The notes under the pieces: model-generated
Databases searched by the model: none
The model's input: only the letters and a program-made list of their open reading frames with translations
Told to the model about the DNA's origin: nothing
Source: Clostridia bacterium
GTDB taxonomy: Bacteria; Bacillota; Clostridia; Oscillospirales; CAG-272
DNA: 64,000 nt
Assembly: GCA_017462605.1 (NCBI GenBank)
Contig: JAFTQV010000061.1
Location: 24,262-88,261 of the forward strand
Direction: 5' to 3'
In this document: positions 25,497-35,800 of the stretch, piece by piece
How positions within the stretch are numbered: position 1 is the first letter of the stretch
How the letters are laid out: every line of letters begins with the position of its first letter
Position numbers and translations under genes: made by a program

Positions 25497-26752
25497 TCTT
25501 CCTCACCTCCCGTAAGACCGTACATCTCGTAAAGCTTTTTAACGTCTGCCTTAAATTCATTTTCCACGGTTCGGTTAGAGAAATTAAGCTTTACTATACG
25601 GCATATAAAGGTCCTTATCCAAGGGATCATCTCCATAGTATCGTAAACGTCCGCAAAAAAGCGGTACTCATTGTCGCTGATCCGCTCTACCGTTCCTATA
25701 CGCCTCTCCCTTTCAAGGCGCCTTACTATATGCTCCTCGCCCTCTTCTATCCTAACCGTGAATTCAACTCGCTCGAGCTTATCGGGGCTTCTTATACCGC
25801 GCTTTGTATTCACGCCCCACATCTTCGTCTGCATCACGTCAAGCTCCCGCCTCAGCTCGTCAAACCTCGGCGTTGGCTCTTCTATCTTCACAGAGGAAAG
25901 GTAATCCACTCTGAATGACTTTATAGTATTGAATTCGGGCTGATAGGCAAGAAGGTGCTGCCTTCCGTTCTGCGCGCTTATAAATATACGAAGAGGTATG
26001 AGCCTCGTCCTTCTCGGTTCCTCGCGCTTGCGGCTCATATTCGAGACGGATATTATGCTCTTTCTCCGCATAGCCTCAAAAAGCATAGCGAGAACGCCTG
26101 AGTCGAGCGCGCCCGTCACGTAATGATGCTTAAAGTCGAAGGGGTGATCCTCATGCTCGGTCTTATCAAGCAAAAAAGAGCCGATAACTCCACACGGGGC
26201 GATCTCAGAAAAGAAATTCAAGGCGCGCGCATCGGGAAGGGCAACGTTATCCTCTGCCCTTTTATATAAAAGCTGCTTGCCCGCCCTTCTCGTTTCTATC
26301 ATACCGAGAGATACGTATTCCTTAAGCTTCTTCCTGACGGTCGATTCATCGAAGACCAAAGGCTCGTCAAAGCCCGAGAGATACTTCTCGTCAATGAGAC
26401 TCAGTATCTCTGAAAGCGAATGCTCCTCCAAAGGCGAATGCAATATATCAAATATAATAAAATGAAGAGTTATATCGCCGTCTGTAAAGCTTTTCGCCTT
26501 CCACGCATTGTAAAGCGGATTGTGATCGCATTGGCGGCTGTCTATCGAAATGAAAACGTTCTTCCCCTCGGGAGTACGCACATAGCTCATATGATCGCCG
26601 AGCCAGCTCTCCATACGTCTTTTCTCGTCATCATACGTCCTCGCGCTCTTGCTCTTATAGTCCTCGCGGCTCTTGATACCGTAAACGTAGAACTCACGCA
26701 TATAAGCGCGTATGCGCTCAAAATTCTTTATAAGCTCATTATATGATGACAT
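25493..26752 (-). CDS. wHTH plus WYL-domain transcriptional regulator
   Basis: RLIPLRIFISAQNGRQHLLAYQPEFNTIKSFRVDYLSSVKI matches the WYL pattern (P..l.....rwyl.ay....R.FRvDRI). The N-terminal region looks like a winged helix. Confidence 0.55.
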   Translation of the reverse strand: MSSYNELIKNFERIRAYMREFYVYGIKSREDYKSKSARTYDDEKRRMESWLGDHMSYVRTPEGKNVFISIDSRQCDHNPLYNAWKAKSFTDGDITLHFIIFDILHSPLEEHSLSEILSLIDEKYLSGFDEPLVFDESTVRKKLKEYVSLGMIETRRAGKQLLYKRAEDNVALPDARALNFFSEIAPCGVIGSFLLDKTEHEDHPFDFKHHYVTGALDSGVLAMLFEAMRRKSIISVSNMSRKREEPRRTRLIPLRIFISAQNGRQHLLAYQPEFNTIKSFRVDYLSSVKIEEPTPRFDELRRELDVMQTKMWGVNTKRGIRSPDKLERVEFTVRIEEGEEHIVRRLERERRIGTVERISDNEYRFFADVYDTMEMIPWIRTFICRIVKLNFSNRTVENEFKADVKKLYEMYGLTGGEEE

Positions 26753-26803
26753 CGCGTACTCCTTTCTTGCCTTCTAAATGAACACAATTATTGTCATTTA
26801 GGT

Positions 26804-28324
26804 CTAAAACAGCAGTGTTATTGACAAAATCAGCGCCGAGACCGTCGGCACAGTTACGGTATCCCAACCCTTTCTTGTGAAAAGCTCGGTGAATGCCGCT
26901 GCGGGGGCTATAAAAAGTGTGGCGGCAAGCGATATAAACCAAGGAAGACTTGACATAAAAAGAAGCACGGGAAGTGTGGAGATAAATGAGGTTGCAGCCA
27001 TAGCGACCGTGCCTTCAACACTCTTTTTACCCTCGATAAGCTTGCCTTCGAGCTTATGCTTACCGAATGCCTTGCCTACTATTGCGGCAGCGGCATCGCC
27101 GGGGCCCCAAGCCATTATCGCTCCGATAGCAATATAGACCGCATCTCTGCCGAAGCCGCCCCAAAATATCGAGATAAGAGCGGTCATAAGACCGAAAAGA
27201 CCGATAAAGCTGAATATTACCTCGTGCTTACCCTTCTCAACGAAAAGCTTTGAGTAAAAGCTCATTTTCTCGATAATCAGAAGAGCTATAATAACAAGGA
27301 TAAGGAAGAAAACCTCTACCGCCGCGGCGATCCACCATATATCGGTAGCAAGGACAAGCGGAACGATAGACGTAAACGCAACGAAGTGCAGAAGCTTGCG
27401 GAATATATGATCGGGCACGCGGGTCGTAAATCTGACGATTATGAGGACGATCGCAAGAGCTACTATATATCCGACGTATATAAGGAAGGTCTTAAGGAAC
27501 TCAAAAAGGTAACCCGTGTTGATTTTTTCGGCGTTATTGATCACAGTCATTGAAACTCCGAGAAGAAGGAGAATAGCTCCCGTCACGTATCCGACGGTCT
27601 TACCCTTCACCTTATTTGCAAACCTTGCGCTGACAAGTGAAAAGACGGTAGCGACAATGATCGCGGTAATAAGAAATCCAAAGCACTCCGAAATAATTTC
27701 GGGCTCGATCAGTATATGGCTCACCGAGGCGATAAGCGCGGTAAAGGTCATAATGAAGGTAGACGTTCCAACCGCGCTCATACGGTCATACCCGAGCATA
27801 GCGGTGAAAACTATAAGCATCATCATACCGCCGCCCGTTCCGAAAAATCCCGTTCCGAATCCGATCGTGAGACCGAAGAATAGCGATACGGCTATCTCCT
27901 TTGCGCCGAGCCTTACCGCGCCTTCCGCGCTCGCCCTCTCCTTCGAATCGGGCTTCACAAGAAATCTGATACCGATAGCTATGCAAAGGAGAAGCGAAAA
28001 GCCGCCGAGAACACTCTGATGTATAAAATAAGCCGCAACCGAGCCTGCCATACACATACCTATAATGCAAACGGCAATGAGCCAGCCTCTTTTCAGGTCT
28101 ATCTTTTTATTTTTAGCATAGACAACGGTAGTAACGAGCGAGCCGAGAATATCGCTCGCAAGTGCGATCGCCGTTGCCATATACGCTCCATGCTCTCCGC
28201 CGAAGGTCGGACAAAGCACTATCAAAAGCGGCACCATAGCGGTCGCCGCGCTGAGGCCGACAAGCCCCGTTCCTATTCCCGCTATTGCCGCGGCAATAGT
28301 TACAACAATATATTCGTATGGCAT
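26804..28324 (-). CDS. Fusion membrane protein: TSUP (TauE/SafE) transporter domain plus polyprenol/dolichol/phytol-kinase-like (CdsA superfamily) domain
   Basis: The N-terminal ~270 aa are Gly-rich TM helices typical of TSUP (GTGLVGLSAA, GFGTGFFGTGGGMM). The C-terminus carries WGPGDAAAAIVGKAFGKHKL...GKKSVEGTVAM. Confidence 0.55.
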   Translation of the reverse strand: MPYEYIVVTIAAAIAGIGTGLVGLSAATAMVPLLIVLCPTFGGEHGAYMATAIALASDILGSLVTTVVYAKNKKIDLKRGWLIAVCIIGMCMAGSVAAYFIHQSVLGGFSLLLCIAIGIRFLVKPDSKERASAEGAVRLGAKEIAVSLFFGLTIGFGTGFFGTGGGMMMLIVFTAMLGYDRMSAVGTSTFIMTFTALIASVSHILIEPEIISECFGFLITAIIVATVFSLVSARFANKVKGKTVGYVTGAILLLLGVSMTVINNAEKINTGYLFEFLKTFLIYVGYIVALAIVLIIVRFTTRVPDHIFRKLLHFVAFTSIVPLVLATDIWWIAAAVEVFFLILVIIALLIIEKMSFYSKLFVEKGKHEVIFSFIGLFGLMTALISIFWGGFGRDAVYIAIGAIMAWGPGDAAAAIVGKAFGKHKLEGKLIEGKKSVEGTVAMAATSFISTLPVLLFMSSLPWFISLAATLFIAPAAAFTELFTRKGWDTVTVPTVSALILSITLLF

Positions 28325-28325
28325 A

Positions 28326-29681
28326 TCAATCCTGCTTCGGTTTTAATTTTTTGAATAGCTTTCGGTAGGGAGAAAGCATTCCTTCATTCATCTTATTTCC
28401 CATTTTCTTCATGATCTTCTCGTTTGAAAGAAGCATACCCACAAGATACATCTTAGCCGATGTCAGCTTCTTTTTCTGAGGGAAGTCGTAGATGCCCTGC
28501 TTTTTATAGAACTTATGGTCGGCGCGCATCATTCCGCGCATCTGGTAGATAAGGTCGCGGAATATCTTCATTCCGCCAACACCCCAGAAATTCTTTGGCG
28601 CGGTGTGCGCGGTTTCAAGGCAAAAAGCAAGGCTCTTCGCAAGAGTATCAATAGAAGCGTTGGCATTCTCCTCATCCGAGGCTACCCATGCAAGGTAATT
28701 GCCGCCCGTTTCGCTTCTCGCTTCAATGACGGTGCGAAGGTTCTCTTCTCGGGAAAGCTTACCCGAAACTATATAGCCAACAGGCATACCGACTGTCACC
28801 GTCCTGTGCCCATTGCAGAAGTTTCTGTCGTCATACATCTTAAATCTCGAGCCCATAGAATGATCTCTGACCGTGAAAGCATAAATTATGGCATCAGCCT
28901 TCTGTATATTCTCCCTTAAGAAGGTGTCGAAGCCGTCCTTATATACGCACTTTTCCGAGACCGCGCACTTAAAGCAGCCGAGGCAGCCGCCGCTGAACGG
29001 GTATTCGGAAATATTGACCACTCTCGTATTAAACGGCAAGGCTCTTCTGAAGCGCTCCGTCATTTTTGCTAGATTGGAGCTATCATCAACGTTATCCGTG
29101 ATAATTACAACGTCCTTCCCCTCAGCCTTCGGAGACGGAGGATTGTCTGCCGAAGCCTCGCAGAGAGAGAAGCTCTCGGGGCTCGTATCCCCCTCGGTAT
29201 ATACTCCGTTTTCAACAGACCAAAGGAACCTATCGAAGAACTTCTCCGCATCCCTTCTGCCCTCTTCCGTGAGCAGGTCTTCCATATCGGCGGAAAGACC
29301 TCTTATATACCTCATTCCGAGATCGAGAGAATTTTCCTCTACGTACTTATGCGCCGTCACGTCGTAGAAGTGCTTCGAGGTCGATATCTGAGTTGCGTAT
29401 TTTCCTTTAAGAGACACACCGCCCGCCTTGAGAAGCTCAATAAATCTATGAAGCTGAGAAGGAGCTAAAAAAGTATACACGGGGTAGGAGAAAAGCACCG
29501 CATCGGAAGACTCAAGCATCGCCCTTGCTGAAGAAAGGTCGGCTTCATACGCCTTAATTCTCTGACCCGCGTCAATAACGGAGAAGGTATGCTCGGGATA
29601 TTTTATCTCAAGATACTTCACCGTCTGAAGAGTTATACTGTATTTTCCCTTGGGGCTTCCGTTTATTACCGCAATATTCAT
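28326..29681 (-). CDS. Two-domain flavodoxin-fold / NAD(P)H-dependent FMN reductase-like protein
   Basis: MNIAVINGSPKGKYSITLQ... and a second VVIITDNVDDSSN...CLGCFKC module. This is a family-level call only. Confidence 0.5.
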   Translation of the reverse strand: MNIAVINGSPKGKYSITLQTVKYLEIKYPEHTFSVIDAGQRIKAYEADLSSARAMLESSDAVLFSYPVYTFLAPSQLHRFIELLKAGGVSLKGKYATQISTSKHFYDVTAHKYVEENSLDLGMRYIRGLSADMEDLLTEEGRRDAEKFFDRFLWSVENGVYTEGDTSPESFSLCEASADNPPSPKAEGKDVVIITDNVDDSSNLAKMTERFRRALPFNTRVVNISEYPFSGGCLGCFKCAVSEKCVYKDGFDTFLRENIQKADAIIYAFTVRDHSMGSRFKMYDDRNFCNGHRTVTVGMPVGYIVSGKLSREENLRTVIEARSETGGNYLAWVASDEENANASIDTLAKSLAFCLETAHTAPKNFWGVGGMKIFRDLIYQMRGMMRADHKFYKKQGIYDFPQKKKLTSAKMYLVGMLLSNEKIMKKMGNKMNEGMLSPYRKLFKKLKPKQD

Positions 29682-29810
29682 AATGTCTCACCTCTTATTT
29701 TCTTTTTATTTATTTTAGCACACAGCATGCGCTTTGTCAAGAAAAGCTATACGTTGACAAAAGAGGCTTTTTATGCTAAAATAGAGAAAAATGATAAGTG
29801 GAGAAAAAGT

Positions 29811-30773
29811 ATGAAATTTTCCGTTCTTGGCGCAGGCAGATGGGCAAGCTTTATCTCATGGTATCTTGCAAGGTGCGGCTTCTCCGTCACCGAATGGGCA
29901 AGAGAAACGAGCCGTGATTTTGAGCAGCTTCGGGCAACTCGTAAAAACGAATACGTGACCCTTCCCGATTCTATAAGACTCACCACCGATCTTAAGGAAG
30001 CGGTTGATTTTGCGGACGTTATAGTCATAGCTATAAAATCCCAGGCTCTGCGCGAGCTTTGCGGAAAGCTTCTCCCTCTCGGAGCGGATCAGAAAAGGAT
30101 AGTCCTTTGCATGAAGGGCATCGAGGAGAGTACGGGAAAAAGGCTCACCGAGGTCGCAGAGGAATGCGGATTTCCGAAGGAGCGCTTAGCCGTTTGGGTG
30201 GGGCCGGGTCACATCCAGGAATTCACACGGGGTAAGCCCAACTGCATGGTTATAGACGGATACGATAAGGATTACGTCTCCTTGCTCGTTGATACTCTCA
30301 AGGGCGATCTTATCCGCTTTTATTACGGAGACGATATAATCGGAAGCGAGATAGGCGCGGCGGCGAAGAACGTTATGGGAATTGCCGCAGGCATTCTTGA
30401 CGGCAGCGGTATGCCCTCATTAAAAGGGCCTCTCATGGCAAGAGGCGCGCGAGAGGTCGCAAGGCTTATTCACGCTATGGGCGGCAACGAGCTTTCCGCA
30501 TACGGCTTATGCCATCTCGGGGATTACGAGACCACTCTCTTCTCTCCACATTCAAATAACCGCAGCTACGGTGAATCGATCGCTCGCGGCGAAAAGTTTT
30601 CCAAGCTCGCTGAGGGCGTCAGCACTGCGGCGGCAATGAAGCTGCTCGGCGAAAGATACTCGGTCGACCTGCCGATAACGAATGCGGTATACCGCATTCT
30701 CTACGAAAACCGCGAGCCGCTTTCGGAGCTTTCGAAGCTATTCGAGAGATCGGCAAAGCCGGAATTTATTTAA
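29811..30773 (+). CDS. gpsA: NAD(P)H-dependent glycerol-3-phosphate dehydrogenase
   Basis: I prefer the ATG at 29811 (RBS GTGGAGA) to the track start at 29589. Motifs are MKFSVLGAGRWAS (Rossmann), GIEESTGKR and GAAAKNVMGIAAGILDG. Confidence 0.8.
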   Translation: MKFSVLGAGRWASFISWYLARCGFSVTEWARETSRDFEQLRATRKNEYVTLPDSIRLTTDLKEAVDFADVIVIAIKSQALRELCGKLLPLGADQKRIVLCMKGIEESTGKRLTEVAEECGFPKERLAVWVGPGHIQEFTRGKPNCMVIDGYDKDYVSLLVDTLKGDLIRFYYGDDIIGSEIGAAAKNVMGIAAGILDGSGMPSLKGPLMARGAREVARLIHAMGGNELSAYGLCHLGDYETTLFSPHSNNRSYGESIARGEKFSKLAEGVSTAAAMKLLGERYSVDLPITNAVYRILYENREPLSELSKLFERSAKPEFI

Positions 30774-30797
30774 TTTCCCCTATCCCATTACGATAAA

Positions 30798-30842
30798 AAG
30801 ACTGCCAAACGTATTACGCGCTCAGCAGTCTTCTTCTTTTTT
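30798..30842. terminator. Bidirectional hairpin terminator between convergent genes
   Basis: AAGACTGC (30798-30805) pairs with GCAGTCTT (30825-30832). It is followed by CTTCTTTTTT on the plus strand and preceded by an A-run. Confidence 0.6.
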
Positions 30843-30851
30843 AATTATTGA

Positions 30852-32879
30852 TCACTTCACGCCTGTTGTGGGAGCTTCCTCGGGAGCATTGACCGTGCCG
30901 CTTATAGCAACGGTAGCGCCCGGCTTAACGTTGACGAGAACGTATCTATTGCCGTCATCATCGGTCATGATCTCAAGCGCGCTATCGCCAAGAGCTGCCG
31001 CGCTCCAGCTATCGGGAACGGAGACCTTAACGGTAAGGGGCATATCCATTCTCTCATCGGTCTCCTCTGTGGTAAGGCTGACTGTGATAGTCTTACCGCC
31101 GAGAAGCTCGGTGGTGACGGTTGCCGTTGACCACTCAAGGAAATACTTTGCGGCTTCATCGTAGCTCGCTATCCAGGCTCTCTCTCCGTAGGCATTTGCG
31201 TGAGCGAAGAATTCCTTAGCCTGGCTTTCGTAGATGTGGTGATCTGTGCCCGTCCAGTCGTCGGGTCTGATCTCGTGGATGCAGAAGCTTGCCCAGCCGC
31301 CGGTCTCGACCGCCGTATCCATAAAGTCTGTCCAAAGGTCTATACCTGCCGCAAGGCACTCGGCGTTGGTCGAGCTGCTCGTTGTGGGATTGGTCTTGCT
31401 CGAGGTATAATGCTCTATCATATAAGAGGTTATCGAAAGTCTGTTTTTTATCGTATCGGGATAGAAGATAAGGCTATTGGGGTTGGTGGGCATTGAGTTG
31501 CCTCTTGCGGCGAAATATTCACCCGAATCTATAACTCTATTATAGAAATATTGCGACACGGATGCGCCCACACCCGCTCTGATGATAGTTCCTGAGCGGT
31601 ATCCCGAGATATCCTCGATGATCTGATTTGAAGCAACAAGCTCCGCCTGTATATGACCCTTCGGCAGATCCGAGGTATTGGCGTACGTGCCGTTATTCTT
31701 CTTGTAGCCGAATATTCCGCCGTTATCATTCTCGCCGGGGTAATTGTGCGTATGAGTATGGCTGACGATATACGCCTTATCCGTTGCAAGCACGTTTCTC
31801 CAGAAATCGAACTTGCCCGCGATCTCGGTGTATTTGTATCTGCCGTTTTCGTCTATATCGTAGACCTTATTGCCTTCCTCATCGGTAACGACCGAGAGGT
31901 CCGCGAGCTTCTTGGTTATAAGAGCAAAGTTCGCATAGATATTTTCATATCCCGCCTTGCCGAGAATATTATCTACCATAAAATTCGCGGTAGACTCCGT
32001 TCCGTCGTCGATAACGAAGCATATCGTTCCGCCTGCGCCGTCCTTCTGCACGATCTCGGCATCAACAGCCGCATCCGAGCGGTAGAACTTGACGTTATAG
32101 ACCTTCTCAGCCTCGCCGAGCTTGACCTTGACGGATGCCACTCCGAGCGAAAGTGCGGAAGCCTGAGTTACCTCTACCTCTGCGCCCTCTATAAGAGCGT
32201 CCGCGCCGACTGTCGGATACCCCTCGGCGTCATTCTTCACAGCATATACCGTTTTCGTGGATAAGAAGCCGGAAAGAGCCTCGCCGCCTACGGTAAGAGA
32301 CTTAAGAAGCGGAAGCGCCTTAGCCTCTGCCTCTGTATAAAGAGTCAGCTTGCCGACTCTCAGATCAGGCTTATTAAAGAATCCCGACTCATTAAGATCA
32401 GCGGGGATAACAATGCCCGAAGGGGTGGCAAAAGCAAGGACTATATCCTTTGCAAGGTTGAGCGATTCGGTGTCGCTCGCCATAACGTAAAGCTTAGATT
32501 CCGCGTATGCTACGCGATAGTAGCCGACAGTCTCGTTTGCCGCGGCGTTTTCCTCTATTCCGTAGATCGCCGAAGCCGCGCTCTCACTCTCGGCAAGAGC
32601 GGGAAGAGAGCCTGAGGCAAGGCTTATATTGAGCCTGAGGTTATCAAGAGAAAGCTTGACGGAGCTATCCCCCGAGGTATAAAAGCTTAAAGCCTCGCTT
32701 GGAATATTGACTCCATCTGAGCCGTCTGCCATAGTTACGCCGACGATGCCGCTTTCATCGCCCTTCCCCTCTCCAAGGGGCGTTTTTTGGCTTTCACTTC
32801 CGCCCTTTGCGGCGCAGGATGAAAGCGTTAAAGCGAGGGCAAGAGCCAAAAGAGTTATCGCATATATTATCTTCTTCAT
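30852..32879 (-). CDS. Lipoprotein with a polysaccharide deacetylase (CE4/NodB-like) domain
   Basis: Lipobox LTLSSC. NodB-like motifs ICFVIDDGT and SHTHTHNYPG. The N-terminal half is an uncharacterised beta-rich region. Confidence 0.55.
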   Translation of the reverse strand: MKKIIYAITLLALALALTLSSCAAKGGSESQKTPLGEGKGDESGIVGVTMADGSDGVNIPSEALSFYTSGDSSVKLSLDNLRLNISLASGSLPALAESESAASAIYGIEENAAANETVGYYRVAYAESKLYVMASDTESLNLAKDIVLAFATPSGIVIPADLNESGFFNKPDLRVGKLTLYTEAEAKALPLLKSLTVGGEALSGFLSTKTVYAVKNDAEGYPTVGADALIEGAEVEVTQASALSLGVASVKVKLGEAEKVYNVKFYRSDAAVDAEIVQKDGAGGTICFVIDDGTESTANFMVDNILGKAGYENIYANFALITKKLADLSVVTDEEGNKVYDIDENGRYKYTEIAGKFDFWRNVLATDKAYIVSHTHTHNYPGENDNGGIFGYKKNNGTYANTSDLPKGHIQAELVASNQIIEDISGYRSGTIIRAGVGASVSQYFYNRVIDSGEYFAARGNSMPTNPNSLIFYPDTIKNRLSITSYMIEHYTSSKTNPTTSSSTNAECLAAGIDLWTDFMDTAVETGGWASFCIHEIRPDDWTGTDHHIYESQAKEFFAHANAYGERAWIASYDEAAKYFLEWSTATVTTELLGGKTITVSLTTEETDERMDMPLTVKVSVPDSWSAAALGDSALEIMTDDDGNRYVLVNVKPGATVAISGTVNAPEEAPTTGVK

Positions 32880-32895
32880 TTATCTTACCTCACTT

Positions 32896-35800
32896 TCAGT
32901 TGATATAGGCTTCTATGCATTTAGCATAGGAATACATTGCGCTGTATATATCGAGCATTCCAACGTTTTCCGCGTAAGCAGAAAGGTCAAACGATCCCGA
33001 AGCCGAGCCCGCCGTCACCTCAACTCCCGTGACGTATGCGAGGGCAGGAGCTTTAAGGGTAGCATAAGAGCCGCCTGCCTGATCCTTGCCTTCGGATATC
33101 TCGAAGAATTCCGTCACCGTATCGCCAGATATATTATATTTAAAGCTGATATTTCCTGTGAAATTCGTGTCGTATGTAAATATATATTTACCGTTTTCGA
33201 TCTTGCTCTCGGAGATCACGCCGCCAAGCGCCGCCATGCTCGCATCGGTTTTCGCCATAGCATATACAACCGTTGACGTATCGTATTTCGCCAGCATCTC
33301 GGTAAGCTCGGCGCTTGCTACGTCGCCTTGGCTCGCATTTATATAATTAAGAGCCGAGAGCGCAAGGTTATATTCATCGAAGGAGCTGCCGCCCTCGATC
33401 ACCGATTCAAGATAGGAGATGACGGAGGTCTCGCCCATTAAGGAAAGCTCGCCCGCCTCGGTATCAAACGAGAAGCTTAAAGGAATTTTCTCATCTGCCG
33501 CGCTTGCCGCTATGGAATTAAGGCTGAACTTAAGGTAAGGCTCGCCCGAGATGAGAACGGACTTGCCCTCTGACTTTTCAAAGGTCATATCGCCGAGCGC
33601 TACCGACTTATAATCCGCATCGGGAACGTAGAGATTAAGACCGAAGTCATAGTCAAGAGTTGCGCTGATCTTGGGTGTGAAATTAAGCTTCGCCTCAAGA
33701 TTATAAAGCTTATATCCCGAAACAGGGATCGGCTTCTCCATATCGTATCTGAGTGCCGAGGTATTGTGCGGTATCTTGATCGGGCACTCGGGAATAGCGC
33801 CCATAGCCCAAAGCTCGCTTACCTCCTCGCCGAGGATATCCCACTTGATCTTGGCATACTTATCCGTAACGGCGTAGGGGCAATCCTCTCTTCCGCTTCG
33901 GACGAGCTTACCGTCCGTAATGATCAGAAGCTTATTCTTCTGATCGAGATCCTCAAGAGAGAAGTATGTGTTTCTGTAAATATATACCTTAGCGGACTTA
34001 TTTGCGTTTTCGTTGGCAAAAAGATTAGTGCCTGTATAAGTTCCGCCGTTGATCTCCGCCTTGGAGATCGCATTGACGGTAAATATTCTTTCATTGGTAT
34101 TTATATTGCAGTTTCTCGCGTAAAGCTCGGAATAATTTCCCGTAACATCGCTCGGCTTATAGGAATTGACGACCGTCTTATACGCTCTGATATCACACTC
34201 CTCAAGCCTTAAGGTCGTGGGAGATGTCTCACTGCCGTTGGAATAGAAATCGATCATATTCTCATAATCGTTGGTGAAATCTATCTTGCAGCGCCTGAGG
34301 ACTGCCTCGCCGTTGCCAACAACTGTCATCATCTTCGATGCTTTTACCGTGAGATCCTCCGCAAGAAGGTATGCGCCCGAAGCATCGTTCGGTATTTTGA
34401 ATACGTTGCGGCGCACGATAGCCGTTCCGCCCTCGGGAATTCTTCCGTTGTCAAGCGCGTCGATGACGCCGTTCTTTACCGTGAGGCTTCCGTTCTTACC
34501 AACGGTGAAGAGGTGGTTATTGCTGACGCCCGCCATGGTAAGAGTATATCCCGAAAGGTCAAGAGTCACGCTCTTACCCGTAAAGGTATAGCACGCGGCG
34601 TTGCCCGTCACACCCGCCTTAAGGTCGGAAAGAAGATACACGGTATCGCCCGATACGGTCGCGAGCATAAGAGCATCAAGCTCCTCTTCGCTATACGCGT
34701 AGCTCTTCGTTCCGTCGCTGTGAAGAGCGTAAGCCACCGATCTTTCGAAAACAACGTAAAACTCATTATTATAGGGAGAAGCAATGCCGGGATCGGTGAT
34801 CATCTCGCCGCCCTCGCTTCTCGAATAACCGAGCGCCTTATGGAGAACTCCGCCGATCTCTACCGTCTCTTCAAATTCGGGCGGGGTCAGGACAGCGGGC
34901 GCATCGTAAGTCTCTGTGACAGTCTCATCTCCAATATGCCACGTTACCGTGACGGGAGATGCGAAGGCGTTTAAAAACGCCGTGGTCTTTGCCGACTTAT
35001 ATTCGCCAAACGAGCCCTTATTATAATTAAAGGTATAGCCGCCGTCATTATATATCGAGCATTCATTCGGGATATCAACGGTATCAAGCACGTCTGAAAG
35101 CAGATTGACAAGAGCGCCCTCGGTAATAGCCGCTTCGATCTCACTCGCGGTTGAGAGCTTCTTGCCGCCGACCTCTGCGATAGCGCGGGTCTTAGGGAAG
35201 GTATATCCGCTCTTATAGACCGCATCCGTCCACTCTGTAAGACTCTTGGAGCTATCCGCAAGGACTGCCGCAAGGTTGCCCGAATAGCTATCCGCAACCG
35301 CCGTGACGGTGACGTTATCTATGCAAAGCGTATCATCTATGCTTACCGAAGCTCCCGAATTCATGCTTATTCTCATCGAATGCATATAAGAGAAGGCCTT
35401 TGCCTGAGCCTTGCCCGATGAAAGAAACCTGCCGTTATAATACACGTACGACTTACTATCCGCCGTGGTAGCTCCCGAGCTGTCGCGAGCCGCCTCGATA
35501 ACTATGGTGAGGTGCTGCCAGCGTCCTCTCTCGCTCTCCATGGGGAGAGTTTTTGAATTGGCGGTGATGTTCCAGCCGCCCGCTCCGTCCGAGGCAACGT
35601 ATACCTTGCCCTCGGCGTGCGTATTTACGGTCTTATCCGCCGAGTCCTTGCCTATCATTTCGAAGACGAGGCTTTCAAAATACTGAGTCTCGGTCGTGAA
35701 GTCTATATCGTAGACCATATATTTATTGCCGCCCGCGCTTGACAGCACAACTCCGCCGCTTCCGAATGAATTCTGCACGAAGGCGTGACCGGGGTTAGTG

